The translations under genes and the position numbers were made by a program. A stretch of 64,000 nucleotides of DNA from contig NC_043006.1 in assembly GCF_006345805.1 (NCBI RefSeq), positions 10,478,001-10,542,000 of the forward strand, written 5' to 3'. The notes below the pieces were generated by a model. The model worked only from the letters and a program-made list of their open reading frames with translations, searched no databases and was not told the origin of the DNA. Shown one piece after another: positions 52,703 to 64,000 of this stretch. The DNA is from Octopus sinensis. Lineage: Eukaryota. The stretch's first letter is position 1. Each line of letters begins with the position of its first letter.

Positions 52703-52850
52703 TATACGTATATATGTATATATGTGTGTGTGTTTCTGTGTCTTTGTGTGTCTGTGCTCCCCCAACATCGCATGATAAACGTTGCTAGTGCCTTTCTGCA
52801 CACGTAACTTAGCGATTCGGCTAAATAAGTACGATGCTTACAAATAAGTG
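52072..52850 (+). mobile_element. SINE family B split by a greatly expanded internal simple-sequence tract
   Basis: 5' half at 52072-52170 and 3' half at ~52730-52850, separated by CA/TA/GT repeats and an extremely AT-rich stretch. Confidence 0.65.
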
Positions 52851-53150
52851 TGCATTATCTGCATGAAATAGATTAAATGCTGTTAATTTAGTCATAAAGA
52901 TATTCCCTTAGAAATATCAATTCTTTTATATCGTATTATTTAAGTAGGCTTCTCTAAACGGATATTCCGAACATTTTGGCAGTTGTGAGATATCCACAAG
53001 AGTCTTTACACACATAGATATCTTCTTTAACGACCTCCCTCCCTCAGTTCACACCAGCACATGCACTCAAAGGCATGCACACACGCGCCGTCACACATTA
53101 TATCATATTAGAGAGAGTGGGAAAGAGAGAGAGAGAGAGAGACAGACCAA

Positions 53151-53183
<33 letters not shown>

Positions 53184-53222
53184 AATTCCTCTCCTGTCTT
53201 TTTCTTGCTCTCACTAATACAT

Positions 53223-53318
<96 letters not shown>

Positions 53319-53363
53319 TATATGTCTGTATGTAAGTATGTATGTACGGAATGTGTATATATA

Positions 53364-53772
53364 CGCAGGAGTGGCTGTGTGGTAAGTAGCTTGCTAACCA
53401 ACCACATGGTTCTGGGTTCAGTCCCACTGCGTGGCATCTTGGGCAAGTGTCTTCTCCTGTAGCCCCGGGCTGACCAATGCCTTGTGAGTGGATTTGGTAG
53501 ATAGAAACTGAAAGAAGCCTATCGTATATATGTGTATATATATATATATATGTGTGTTTGCGTGTGTGTGTTTGTCCCCCTAGCATTGCCTGACAACCGA
53601 TGCTGGTGTGTTTACGTCCCCGTCACTTAGCGGTTCGGCAAAAGAGACTGATAAAATAAGTACTGAGCTTACAAAGAATAACTCCCGGGGTCGATTTGCT
53701 CGACTAAAGGCGGTGCTCCAGCATGGCCACAGTCAAATGACTGAAACAAGTAAAAGAGTAAAGAGTAAAGAG
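53364..53772 (+). mobile_element. SINE family B, full length
   Basis: A box TGGCTGTGTGG, B box GGTTCAGTCCC, tail AAAGAGTAAAGAGTAAAGAG. Confidence 0.92.
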
Positions 53773-53846
53773 AATATATATATGAATGTGTATGTGTGTT
53801 AATATTTCAATGTATACTATATTTGTGTATATCTATGTAAAAAAGG

Positions 53847-54225
53847 AGCACTCCGTCGGTTACGACGATGAGGGTCCAGCTGATACGATCAACGGAACAG
53901 CTTGCTCGTGGAATTAACGTGCAAGTGGCTGAGCATTCCACAGACACGTGTACCCTTAACGTGGTACTCGAGGAGATTCAGCGTGACACAGAGTGTGAGA
54001 AGGCTGGCCCTTTGAAATACAGGTACAACAGAAACAGGAAGTAAGAGTGAGAGAAAGTCGTGGTGAAAGAGTACAGCAGGGTTCACCACCACCCCCTGCA
54101 GGAGCCTTGTGAAGCTTTAGGTGTTTTCGCTCAATAAACACTCACAATGCCCGGTCTGGGAATCGAAACCGCGATCCTACGACCGCGAGTCCGCTGCCCT
54201 AACCACTGGGCCATTGCGCCTCCAC
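53847..54225 (-). mobile_element. SINE family A, full length
   Basis: Aligns with 4671-5050. Confidence 0.92.
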
Positions 54226-54537
54226 CGTACATCTATATACTTGTGTTAATGCGTGTGTGTGTGTGTATGAGTGTGTGTACGTGTGTGTGTGTTAATGTAA
54301 ATGAGTAGTTGTGGTTACATAAACGTGTGTGTTTTCGAATAAGAAAATTTATTGAAGTGGATGTTTTACTTTTCTTTTCATCAAGTTGTACCAAACCAAA
54401 CTACAAAGTTTTCGTTTTCCCACTTTTTTTGTCATCCTTTAAAGTGTCTGTCAATATTTATGTTGTTGTACTCATTATAATTGTAAAACTAAATGGTTTT
54501 GTTTTAACAAAAACAAAAAAAATCGTATTAACATTTT

Positions 54538-54775
54538 CAGACCGGGTGTTGTGTTTATTGAGTGAACGCACCTAAAAGCTCCACGAGGCTCCGGGAGGGG
54601 GAGGGTGGTGACCCCCTGCTGCACTCTTTCGCCATAATTTTCTCTCACCCTCTCTCTTCCTGTTTCTTCAGTAACGCTGCGATGGACTAGTATCTCGTCC
54701 AGCTGGGGGGAACACATACGCCACAGAAACCTGGAAACCGGGCCCATGAGCTTGGCTAGGCTTGAAAAGGGTGAC
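54538..54775 (+). mobile_element. Chimeric SINE: family A body plus family D tail
   Basis: 54538-54667 matches family A. 54672-54775 matches 13174-13275. Confidence 0.8.
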
Positions 54776-55014
54776 ATACGCTTAACTTATTTAGAGAATA
54801 GTCTATTTTATCGATTCCTGCGCTGGAAATGTTCTTCTTTTTACTACCTCTTCTAGTATGATCTTTAGTGCAAACTTCTGCGTGTTTTGAATTCAAATAG
54901 TACAGGTAGGTGATTATGTACTAGACATAAGTATTGTACGTTGTTTATTACCAGGTAGGTGGTGAATGAGCAGTCGCATGTTGAAAAACACTATTATGAA
55001 CATCTTCATATCTT

Positions 55015-55230
55015 AATGGTTTCATATTTTGGTACAAGGCCAGCAATTTTGGGGAAAAGGTCTAAGTCGATTATATTCACGCCCTGTGTTCTATTCGTTC
55101 TTGTTTTATCGACTCCGAAAGGATGAAAGGCAAAGTCGATCTCAATGGAATTTAAACTTAGTACGTTCAAGACGGACATGATGCCGCTGAGCATTTTGCC
55201 CCTTGTACTTATAATTCTGCCAGCTTGCCC
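55015..55230 (-). mobile_element. SINE family C, degenerate
   Basis: GAAAGGATGAAAGGCAAAGTCGA block at ~55118-55140. Similar decayed copies at 45835-45965, 56275-56445, 58715-58875 and 58912-59120. Confidence 0.65.
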
Positions 55231-56837
55231 CACCTTATCTCTATTATAATAATAGCCAATGAAAATATTGGTTGCTTCGCTGGTTTGTTGGTTGTTTGAT
55301 TAGTTTCATCTAGTCAAGCTTTACATGGTGTTGAGAGTTGGGGAGCGTGAGTAAACGGGCTGCAGAGAGAGAGCGAGAGTCGACATAAGGAGTGCAGGGA
55401 GAGTGCACCTACTACGCTAGGTGCACGCCATGAAAAAAAAGAGTGCTATACGCACGCAGTGAGGAAGTATAATAGCCAGAGGAGGAGGTGGAGGAAAATA
55501 ATGTGAAGGCGACGTAGGAGCAGGTGGATAAGAGGAAGTGGGATATGATGAGGAGAAGGGGGAAATTGGGGAAGGGGAGTGATAGGAGGAGGAGGAGGGA
55601 TGCGAAGAGGTGCGATAGGAGAGGGATAGGAAAAGGGAAAGAGGAGGAGGAAGAGCAGGAGCAGGAGGAGAAGAAGGCGAAGGTGGAGAAGGTAGAATAA
55701 ATTACAGAGTATTTATGAGAGGATTTACATAAATGAGAAATATGTTGTTCTTTTCTTACAGACACGATATAGCATGGATTCGTATGCTCACTTTCTAATC
55801 TGGCGAAACATATTAAAAATAAACATGTCCGTCATTGTATTGTTTTCTTTAATTTTATTTTTAGGTAATAAATATAACCTCCAAGATATCCCTTCTTAAT
55901 ATGACAAATTGAGTTTCAATCTGTTGTATATTCCACCATCGTAACACAACTTCTTTTTTGCAAATGTGTGTTCATAACCTACTTAATTCCTTGGTGTTAA
56001 GGGGAGATGTGGGTACCAGTTTCTCAACCTTATTGTGTGCTTCTCAGTCAGAGTTATTCCAGACTAATAAATCTAACAAGAGCTTTTTGCTCTAGTTTAT
56101 AGGATCCTAAGTTATCTGTTTCTGCATAGTGAAATCTGCCGCCAAGGTTCTAAAATCTTCTTATCTCCTTGAAACAAGCATGTTTTGTATAAACGGATAA
56201 AAGTTAACTAATAATTATTACACGTGTGTCATATTTTCTGATATTCTCCTTAGTGTCAAACATATACTTCCAAAGTTACCAGTCATATGACGGCAAAATC
56301 CATAGCGGGATTTCGTCCATCTGTACGTTCTGGTTCATGTGCCGCCGAGACCAACTTTGCTTTACATCCCTTTTGGGGTCGATGTAATCGACTTATCCCT
56401 ACCCCGAACTTGCTGGCCTTTTGCCAAAATTTGAAACCAATCCACTACATTAACTCTGGGTAAATTTCTGGAGAATGCATTAAATGCTAAACCTATCTAT
56501 GAAATATTTGTGATTCCTGACTGGAAGCATACAAAGTAATATCTTAAGTGAGGTTTCAGTATATAATAAATATAATCCATATGAACAATAAATGGGAGTA
56601 CTGAATGAGGCAGTGATTAGTATCCAATTCTTAACTTTTATACTAGTGATACGATACTTTTAGAAGAAATATTTCCTTTCCATATAAAACATACTTGCCT
56701 TTCATGTACGAATGTGTGCATATTATCTGTATGTCCGTGTGCGTTCTTCATTTGAAGATACACGGAGAAATGTTTCCCTATTCTGGTTATACTAATTTCC
56801 AGACTACATTGAGCAATATAGTCTTTCTCATAAACAG

Positions 56838-56971
56838 TAACGAATGCTTTGAGGAAGATGCAGCTGTTAGTTGCGGGAGATCAACTGACTGCCTCGAGTC
56901 TCCTCGCTGATTTATTCAGTGTTACATGCAAGCATGGGGCGAGCGTCACATATGCGGCAAATTTTCAATGA
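56838..56971 (+). CDS. Candidate coding exon, unknown protein
   Basis: Acceptor-like GTCTTTCTCATAAACAG (56821-56837), a GC-elevated non-repetitive island, and frame TNALRKMQLLVAGDQLTASSLLADLFSVTCKHGASVTYAANFQ*. No homology recognised. Confidence 0.2.
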
Positions 56972-57589
56972 TAGAATATAGATTTGTAGTGGAAATGAAT
57001 TCATTTCAATGTTGACAATAAATTGTCTTCAGAAAAGCATAAATGACATTTTATATCGTTTCTACTTCTGTTTCAAATACAAAACCATTTGTCTAAGACA
57101 TAAATCAATATCATAACACCAGATACTCTTCTAAGAAAACGACCAGGTGTCCAGGTGTATATATCAATATCAAAGTTAATGATAAAAGTCGATATTAGGT
57201 CCCTATGAGAGACAATTTTGTCACAAATTAAAATATTCAAACACTTCTACTTGAGGTTGTGTAGCCCAGATGTTTCGCTATCGAGAAAAACTGTGGTCAA
57301 AGGCGATACAGCAGTGGTCGTTCCATATTAAATCCAGATACTGAATATCAAGGAATACATCATTGTTTAAAGTGTTCTTCTTTCATCAACAATGAAGAGC
57401 AATCTATCGTAATTTTGTGGCAGTGTTTATGGCTGTATAGAGGCAGGTTTATTCGAAGGATATATTTTCTGAGATAGAATTACGTACTCTCTTGGTCCTT
57501 CACTCTTGACCCAACAATCCAATCAGGTTGTTACATGTGAGAGGAGAGATAGCTGCATCATCACCCGGTTGCTACTACTTTATATTGAA

Positions 57590-57944
57590 CTAGCACTATG
57601 ACCCGGCAACGCCGGATCATAGGGCTAGTGCATGCAGCACAGCTGCTTGCGTGCGCACATACACTGTCCAAATCTCCGACCAATCACATACAGCTAGCTG
57701 GCTTTCAATTGGCGTATCAAGTTTCGGGCATTTTGATCTGATTTTGGATAGAAAATTCACGAAAAAGTCACTTCTGTTGATATTTTAATGGCTTTGCAGG
57801 GTAACTGGGAAAATGTAAAGATGTGCACGACCACCCTTGGACGGTTCTGCATGATCATAGAAAGTGCGAGCCCTCTAACTGAAGAATTGTGGATTTGTAT
57901 AACGGATACACACACAGACATTTTGCCGTTTATATATATAGAGA
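57590..57944 (-). mobile_element. Non-autonomous Helitron, second family
   Basis: Minus 5' TCTCTATATATATAAACGGC, with a 3' hairpin around CCGGC-GTT-GCCGG ending in CTAG followed by T. Confidence 0.7.
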
Positions 57945-57954
57945 AAATGCAGTT

Positions 57955-58385
57955 GTGAGTTCGATTCCCAGGCCAGGAGCAAGATACTTTATTTCCCGTC
58001 ACTCCAGTTAACGCTGCTGTAGAAATGAGTTGCGATGTCACTGGTGCTAAATTGTATCGGCCTATAGTTTTCCCTTGGATAACATAAGTGGTGTGGAGAG
58101 GGCAGGCTAGTAAGAATGGGCGACTGCTGGTCTTCCATAAACAACCTTCCCCGGATTCGAGTCTCAAAGGGTAACCTTCTAGATGGAAACCCTAGGTCAT
58201 TCATGACCGAAAGGGGTATTTACTCTTTACCCTATGTACATATAATGGTGTGTGGAAAGGGGAGGCTGGTATGCCAGGTCGACTGCTGGTCTTCCACAAT
58301 CAAAATTACCCGGACTTGTGCCTCGGAGGGGAATTTTCGAAGTGAAATCCCACAGTCATTCGTGACCGAAGTGGGTCTTTAACCT
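57955..58385 (+). mobile_element. Degenerate SINE with D-like core and a tandemly duplicated tail
   Basis: B box GAGTTCGATTCC, core AGCAAGATACTTTATTTC...CTCCAGTTAACGCTGCTG. Tail blocks CGACTGCTGGTCTTCCA and GTCATTC(A/G)TGACCGAA occur twice (~58085-58230 and ~58245-58385). Confidence 0.55.
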
Positions 58386-59959
58386 TTATTTTCCAGAGTA
58401 AGACGCAGACTCAACTCGATCATTAACAAAATTGCAATCGAAATAACAAAGGTTACTCAATCTGCTAAAAATAACACATTAGAGTATTTCAAATCATGTA
58501 AGCTTATATCTTTCATCCGTCTGTATATGAATGAGATTATTTTCCTCCGTATTACACAAACACAACGCTTTTGATGCCAGCATTGTAATGAATCAGTGTT
58601 ATTTTTTCAGAAACCTATGATATATTAGTTACCTTAAAAAATAAATTGTATCATCATGTTGATCACCAAACTCAAATTACGCAAACGTTGAGTTTGTATT
58701 GTCATTTTACGAGGGGAGAGCGCAGCAAGCTGGTACAATCGTTAGCAAGCCGGACAAAATGTGTCATTTCGTCCGTCCTTACTTCCTAATCTCAAACGCC
58801 GCCGAGTGCGCTTTTAAGTATGGAGTTTGATATAATTGACAAGTCATCTCGAATAAAATACTTCAGGCGTTGTGCCTATATTAAAAAGGATTATAAGAGG
58901 GAAAGGGAAGATGGCGGTCAGGTAGAATCGTTAGAGCGTCGGGTGAAATGCATTTCAGCATGTTATATTCTTTACACATAAAGTTCAAATCCTACCATGG
59001 CAGCTTTGCTTTTCATCCTTTCTGAGCCGGTAAAATAAAGTATTAGTCTAGTAATTTGGTCGATGGAATCGACTACTCTCTCTCCCCTCGGAGTTGTTGG
59101 CTTTGTGCCGAAATAGAAAAAAAACAATCATTATACATGTCAGATAAAAATAAAAACTAACTACAGACAGTGATTGACTTAATGTAGTTACTTATGGATA
59201 GAAGCAGTCTTGTAATATATCAAGATTTGAATTATTGTATGAAGTAAGAAGTGTTAATATCGCAGTGACTTTCGGATTACCGTTACTTAAGATCTTAAAT
59301 CTTGCTTAACATTGATGGATTTAGTATTAAATATTGTTGTATTTTGTGTTTGTTATAAAAGCTATATCCGGTTGCTTTGGTTCATTCATTTGTTTTTTCT
59401 CGTTTAGTACACCATAGCTATGTTTATACTGCTGTATCGCTTTCATTATTTATTGTTGTTCTTTTGGATGACTCAGATATATTATTGTATATAGTGAACT
59501 ACTTGGTATGTATTATTTGATAGATTGCACAGTTGATAACGCCTCCTCTATCTTTACTAAAACCCCTTACAGATGTGCGATTTGAGACAGTGAAAGCTAT
59601 TACGTTTAAATGTACTTTTAAAACTTTCAGACGAGACTTGCTTTAAAATCCTTAGCTTTTTCGCAGTATATATAGTTAAATGCTTGCGTGTGGCGATGAT
59701 AAGATAAATGGAAGCGCGGATGTTTTGATGAGATGATAAACGAGAAGGTGAATAAATATTGGATTCTGTGACAGATAGATTTATAAATGCAGTGTTAGTA
59801 GTGATAGGTGGGTCGAAAGAATTACGCTATGGTTGAGGATTATGGTCGTTGTTGGCGGTTAAAAAGATAAGGAAATGAATCGATGCAATGATTGATGTGA
59901 AAGTAAATAGATGAACGAAGCATCGAACAGTGCTATGCAGGTACAGTAGCGTGATGCTG

Positions 59960-60087
59960 GTGATGAGGGTGGTGGTGGTGGTGGTGGTGGTGGTGGTGTG
60001 GTGGTGTCGGTGGTGATTGCCATTTTCAGATTGATGGTGATGATGTCGAAGATGTTAGGAATGGTACTAATGAAACCGGCATCAGTG

Positions 60088-60139
<52 letters not shown>

Positions 60140-60232
60140 CGGTGACGATGACGATGACGATGATGATGATGGTGATGATAAGAATGACGATGATGATGGT
60201 GATGATGATGATGATGATGGTGATGATAACGA
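59960..60232. repeat. (GGT)n and (GAT)n microsatellites
   Basis: Direct inspection. Confidence 0.95.
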
Positions 60233-60425
60233 TGTTTCTTTTGTACCTGTATTTCAAAGGGCCAGCCTTGTCACACTCTGTGTCACGCTGAATCTCCTCG
60301 AGAACTACGTTAAGGGTACACGTGTCTGTGGAGTGCTCAGCCACTTGCACGTTAATTCCACGAGCAAGCTGTTCCGTTGATCGTATCAGCTGGGACCCTC
60401 ATCGTCGTAAACTACGGAGTGCTCC
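60233..60425 (+). mobile_element. SINE family A 3' tail only
   Basis: Starts at TGTTTCT and aligns with ~27475-27662. Confidence 0.85.
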
Positions 60426-60928
60426 CTAATCGTAATTACGTTGGTTGTATACATGTGGCTATTATGTACTTACTTTCAGCCCGGATGGAGCAGACCTATC
60501 GTCAAGGGCGTTCCAGTTTTGACCATCTTGTTTTTTTCCTCTGCCATGAATACATTATCCCATTAGTGCATCTTTTGAGAGAGATACGACTTTATTTCTA
60601 ACCTATCTAACGTCCATCTAAATGACTCAAGTTTGTCTTACATTATACGGATTGGACACAGTGGCTGTGCTGATGGTAGTGGGGCGGGGCTGTAGTTGTT
60701 ACCTTTGAGTAACACTGACGAACACTCATTTAACATAGAAGCAACCTTAAACAGATCGGTGGTCCGCGTACACATACACAAAGATACACACAGGTATATA
60801 CTTGTATCTATGTATTGGGTTGTTGCATAATTATCGCGGCTTTTTTTCAACAAATTTCTTTCAATTAAAAACAATAATAACGTAAAAAATACATCTTTAA
60901 ATTATCATTCCGGAGCATATTTATTATC

Positions 60929-61343
60929 TATTTCTTTACAGTCCACAAGGGGCTAAACACAGAGGGGACAAACAAGGACAGACAAACGGATTAAGTCGAT
61001 TATATCGACCCCAGTGCGTAACTGGTACTTAATTTATCGACCCCGAAAGGATGAAAGGCAAAGTCGACCTCGGCGGAATTTGAACTCAGAACGCAACGGC
61101 AGACGAAATACCTAATTCTTAGCTACCCACAAGGGGCTAAACACAGAGGGGACAAACAAGGACAGACAAACGGATTAAGTCGATTACATCGACCCCAGTG
61201 CGTAACTGGTACTTAATTTATCGACCCCGAAAGGATGAAAGGCAAAGTCGACCTCGGCGGAATTTGAACTCAGAACGCAACGGCAGACGAAATACCGCTA
61301 AGCATTTCGCCCTGCGCGCTAACGATTCTGCCAGCTCGCCGCC
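60929..61343 (-). mobile_element. Tandem pair of family C SINEs, one lacking the head
   Basis: 60929-61112 (5'-truncated) is directly followed by 61113-61343 (full). The two are nearly identical. Confidence 0.92.
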
Positions 61344-61818
61344 TGATATTCAATATCTACTTCAATTACTGCTTCCCATTTGCTTGGCAGACGATCAGAC
61401 CGCCATTTAAATTTGTCTTTCTTAAATGTTGTTATTGTTTTTGTTGAATAAAAGTCGCAATAATTATGCACCAACCCAATATATATATACATGTGTATAT
61501 GGATGTATGTGGGTATGTGTATGTAAACTCTATTATTCTATTTATTCTTTTATCTACTTTATCACTGATTCCTTTGACCACTCCCCTAAGAATGATAGTT
61601 TGCGCCATGCCTACCCCAAAAAGTCCCCCCCACCACCCCTTAAACCTGCCTAAGTGTATAAATGCCAAAACTATTCTTGTCACCTGGCTTCCTGATGATT
61701 TCTTTTGAATGAAACAGTTCTAGTCCTGTAGAACTTCCTTCTATAAAATAAATTAATTTACTCTGCTATGTATTGAGTACCTTATTTACTGTGGTTAACC
61801 CCGACTCAACCCGGGACC

Positions 61819-62081
<263 letters not shown>

Positions 62082-62819
62082 AATATCTATACCTACAACG
62101 ATATTTTTTCAACAACTATTTTCATATGCTTATTACTTGCTCTGGCCGTTTCTTATGAATATCATGAATCTTTTTTAGATTCTTTCCCTCTTTTTAGACC
62201 TCTCAAAAGGTTTGAATTGTTCGTTTTTGAACTTAATTTTCTTATATATGCATACATATGTGTTTTTATTTGTGTGTATCTGTGTGTGCGCGTGCATAAG
62301 TGTAGCATGGCATAGCCAAGATGAATACCTCCCTTTGTTTCCCTACTTACAATGGTTTACTTGACGAATTACCTTAAGGCAATCGCCACACTTTTCACTC
62401 AAACCTCATTCTACATGCAAATTCTGGTAGTATCCATAACAGATTCGCACCAGTTTGAGTGTATTAATGTATAATACTGTAAATCTACGATTGCTTCCAA
62501 CAATTTGTGCCTCAGTACAATGGTTAGAGTTATTACATAATGAACAATGAAACTATTTTTCGTTTCATAGTTGCTAGGTGATTATCCGGATTTAATGGTA
62601 TCTGTAGGGGTTTATTTATGTATGTCTAATTTAGCTACAAGATGTTTTCATTCATACTATTTTAGGCCATGTTATACTTGTGAAATAGAAGCAGTTTAAA
62701 ATTCGTGTGGGCCATCTATTCATTCCTCTTCTTCGCCCTCTATTCCTGAGAGTGTCGTGTGGGAGTAGTCTTCAGTTAATCTTTCATAGGGTTCAGTAAG
62801 AAATAAGCCCCGTAACACT

Positions 62820-63440
62820 TTCCTGCTGAATTGCCATGCATGGCCAAATGAGACTATAGATATTATCCAAATATGTCATTCGTGTTCTATTCCCAGTTCC
62901 TCTATAGTTTGACTCGGCTTGAAGAATCGCTCCTACGATTCTTTCTTGTGACAGTTCAATCACATACCCTTAGTACTGCATTTGTGGATCTTCAATGCAG
63001 AGATTTCCGAACTACACACCCTTCGAACAATGTCAATCCAGAGATCTTCCGAAGGAATCCCATTCCAGACGCTTGTTTTCACGATCGTACATTTCCGTCA
63101 TTACCAAACATTTATGACGATAAGTGAGGGTAGGCACGAAACCGAGTTTAGCTTTTTAAACAACTTCTCCTCCTTTTACGAAGGAATGCTGGTGCTATAC
63201 TGTGTCTGAAGTTGCAATTCTAGCATCCAATTCAATATACTGCCTTTCACCACTCTTAGATATGGTCTCGAGGAACTTAATATTCTCCACTTGTCACAGT
63301 GATGTTCTACAAACATGGAGAGTGTACCGAGAAGACTTTATTCTAAGGGCTAATGTCACAGTTCACGGGGCTGAACTTCTGAGGAGCAAGGATGGTATGA
63401 AGTGTTTAGAGCAGCGTATGAGCTTTAGACACAGCAGGGT
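62820..63440 (-). pseudogene. RTE-clade LINE reverse transcriptase C-terminal remnant
   Basis: Minus frames give QVENIKFLETISKSGERQYIELDARIA...KAKLGFVPTLTYRHKCLVMTE, QASGMGFLRKISGLTL and QERIVGAILQAE...RTRMTYLDNI. These match RTE/Expander motifs QVEKFKYLG, PTLTYGHECWVMTE and EMGFLRRI. Confidence 0.8.
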
Positions 63441-63939
63441 AACGAAATGATGGAAGTGAAATTTATTGGATGGGTTTGGGCAGATTTGATATGCAGCTCG
63501 TTTTTAATAGTTGAGTTCTTTATCATGATGTTCAATTTCATGGTTGATGTTATTTGATGTTCCTTTAAATCGTCGGTTTACGTTTCATTTCACGTTTTCC
63601 TTTACTCTTTTTTCCTGTTGCGGGTATATATTCGATTTGATGTTTCTTAATGCTGTGAGTGCATATTTTATTTGCCGTTCTTTAAGGTTTGGGGTACATG
63701 ACTTAATCGGAGTTCTTTAATGTTGCACTCTCCCCCGTTTGCTATACATTGCTTTTTAATCGATTCGCTAGAAGTAAAATTTCTTAGTGGTCAACAACAC
63801 ATTAAAGATGATGTATAGCTGCATCTCGGAGATTAAGTGTGTGGCAGGGAGTTATTACTTGAGATATAATTTGATTATGAGGTGTGATTGTTTCGTGAAA
63901 TGTGTGTAGGTTGTTTGAAAGATAAGTGACGGAAAAAGA

Positions 63940-63981
<42 letters not shown>

Positions 63982-64000
63982 TGTTTAGTGAACAATTCTT

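Noticed and set aside
55403-55426. 9-bp hairpin GTGCACCTA/TAGGTGCAC next to an A run
   Set aside because: It looks like a bacterial terminator, but the context is eukaryotic and there is no associated element or second copy.

Overview
AT-rich eukaryotic non-coding DNA saturated with microsatellites and transposon debris. The tRNA-derived SINE families and repeat landscape fit an octopod cephalopod (inference). No intact protein-coding gene is recognisable; most ORFs in the track are translations of simple repeats. Supported content: a frameshifted Penelope-like (Neptune-type) retroelement with RT and GIY-YIG domains (17.1-19.7 kb, minus), Helitron Pif1-helicase and Tc1 transposase remnants (1.9-3.2 kb), three non-autonomous Helitrons, RTE and R4/Dong LINE fragments, about four SINE families in many copies, MITEs, local duplications and one 100-N gap. 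The most striking unexplained layer is self-cleaving-RNA architecture at (TA)n tracts. It comprises a 416-bp palindrome with a complete hammerhead ribozyme on each strand, a separate canonical hammerhead beside the Penelope 5' end, two more fold-back palindromes of related tails, four ~200-bp elements with atypical hammerhead-like cores, and an HDV-like fold in an RTE 5' UTR. All folds were derived by eye and need covariance-model and biochemical confirmation.
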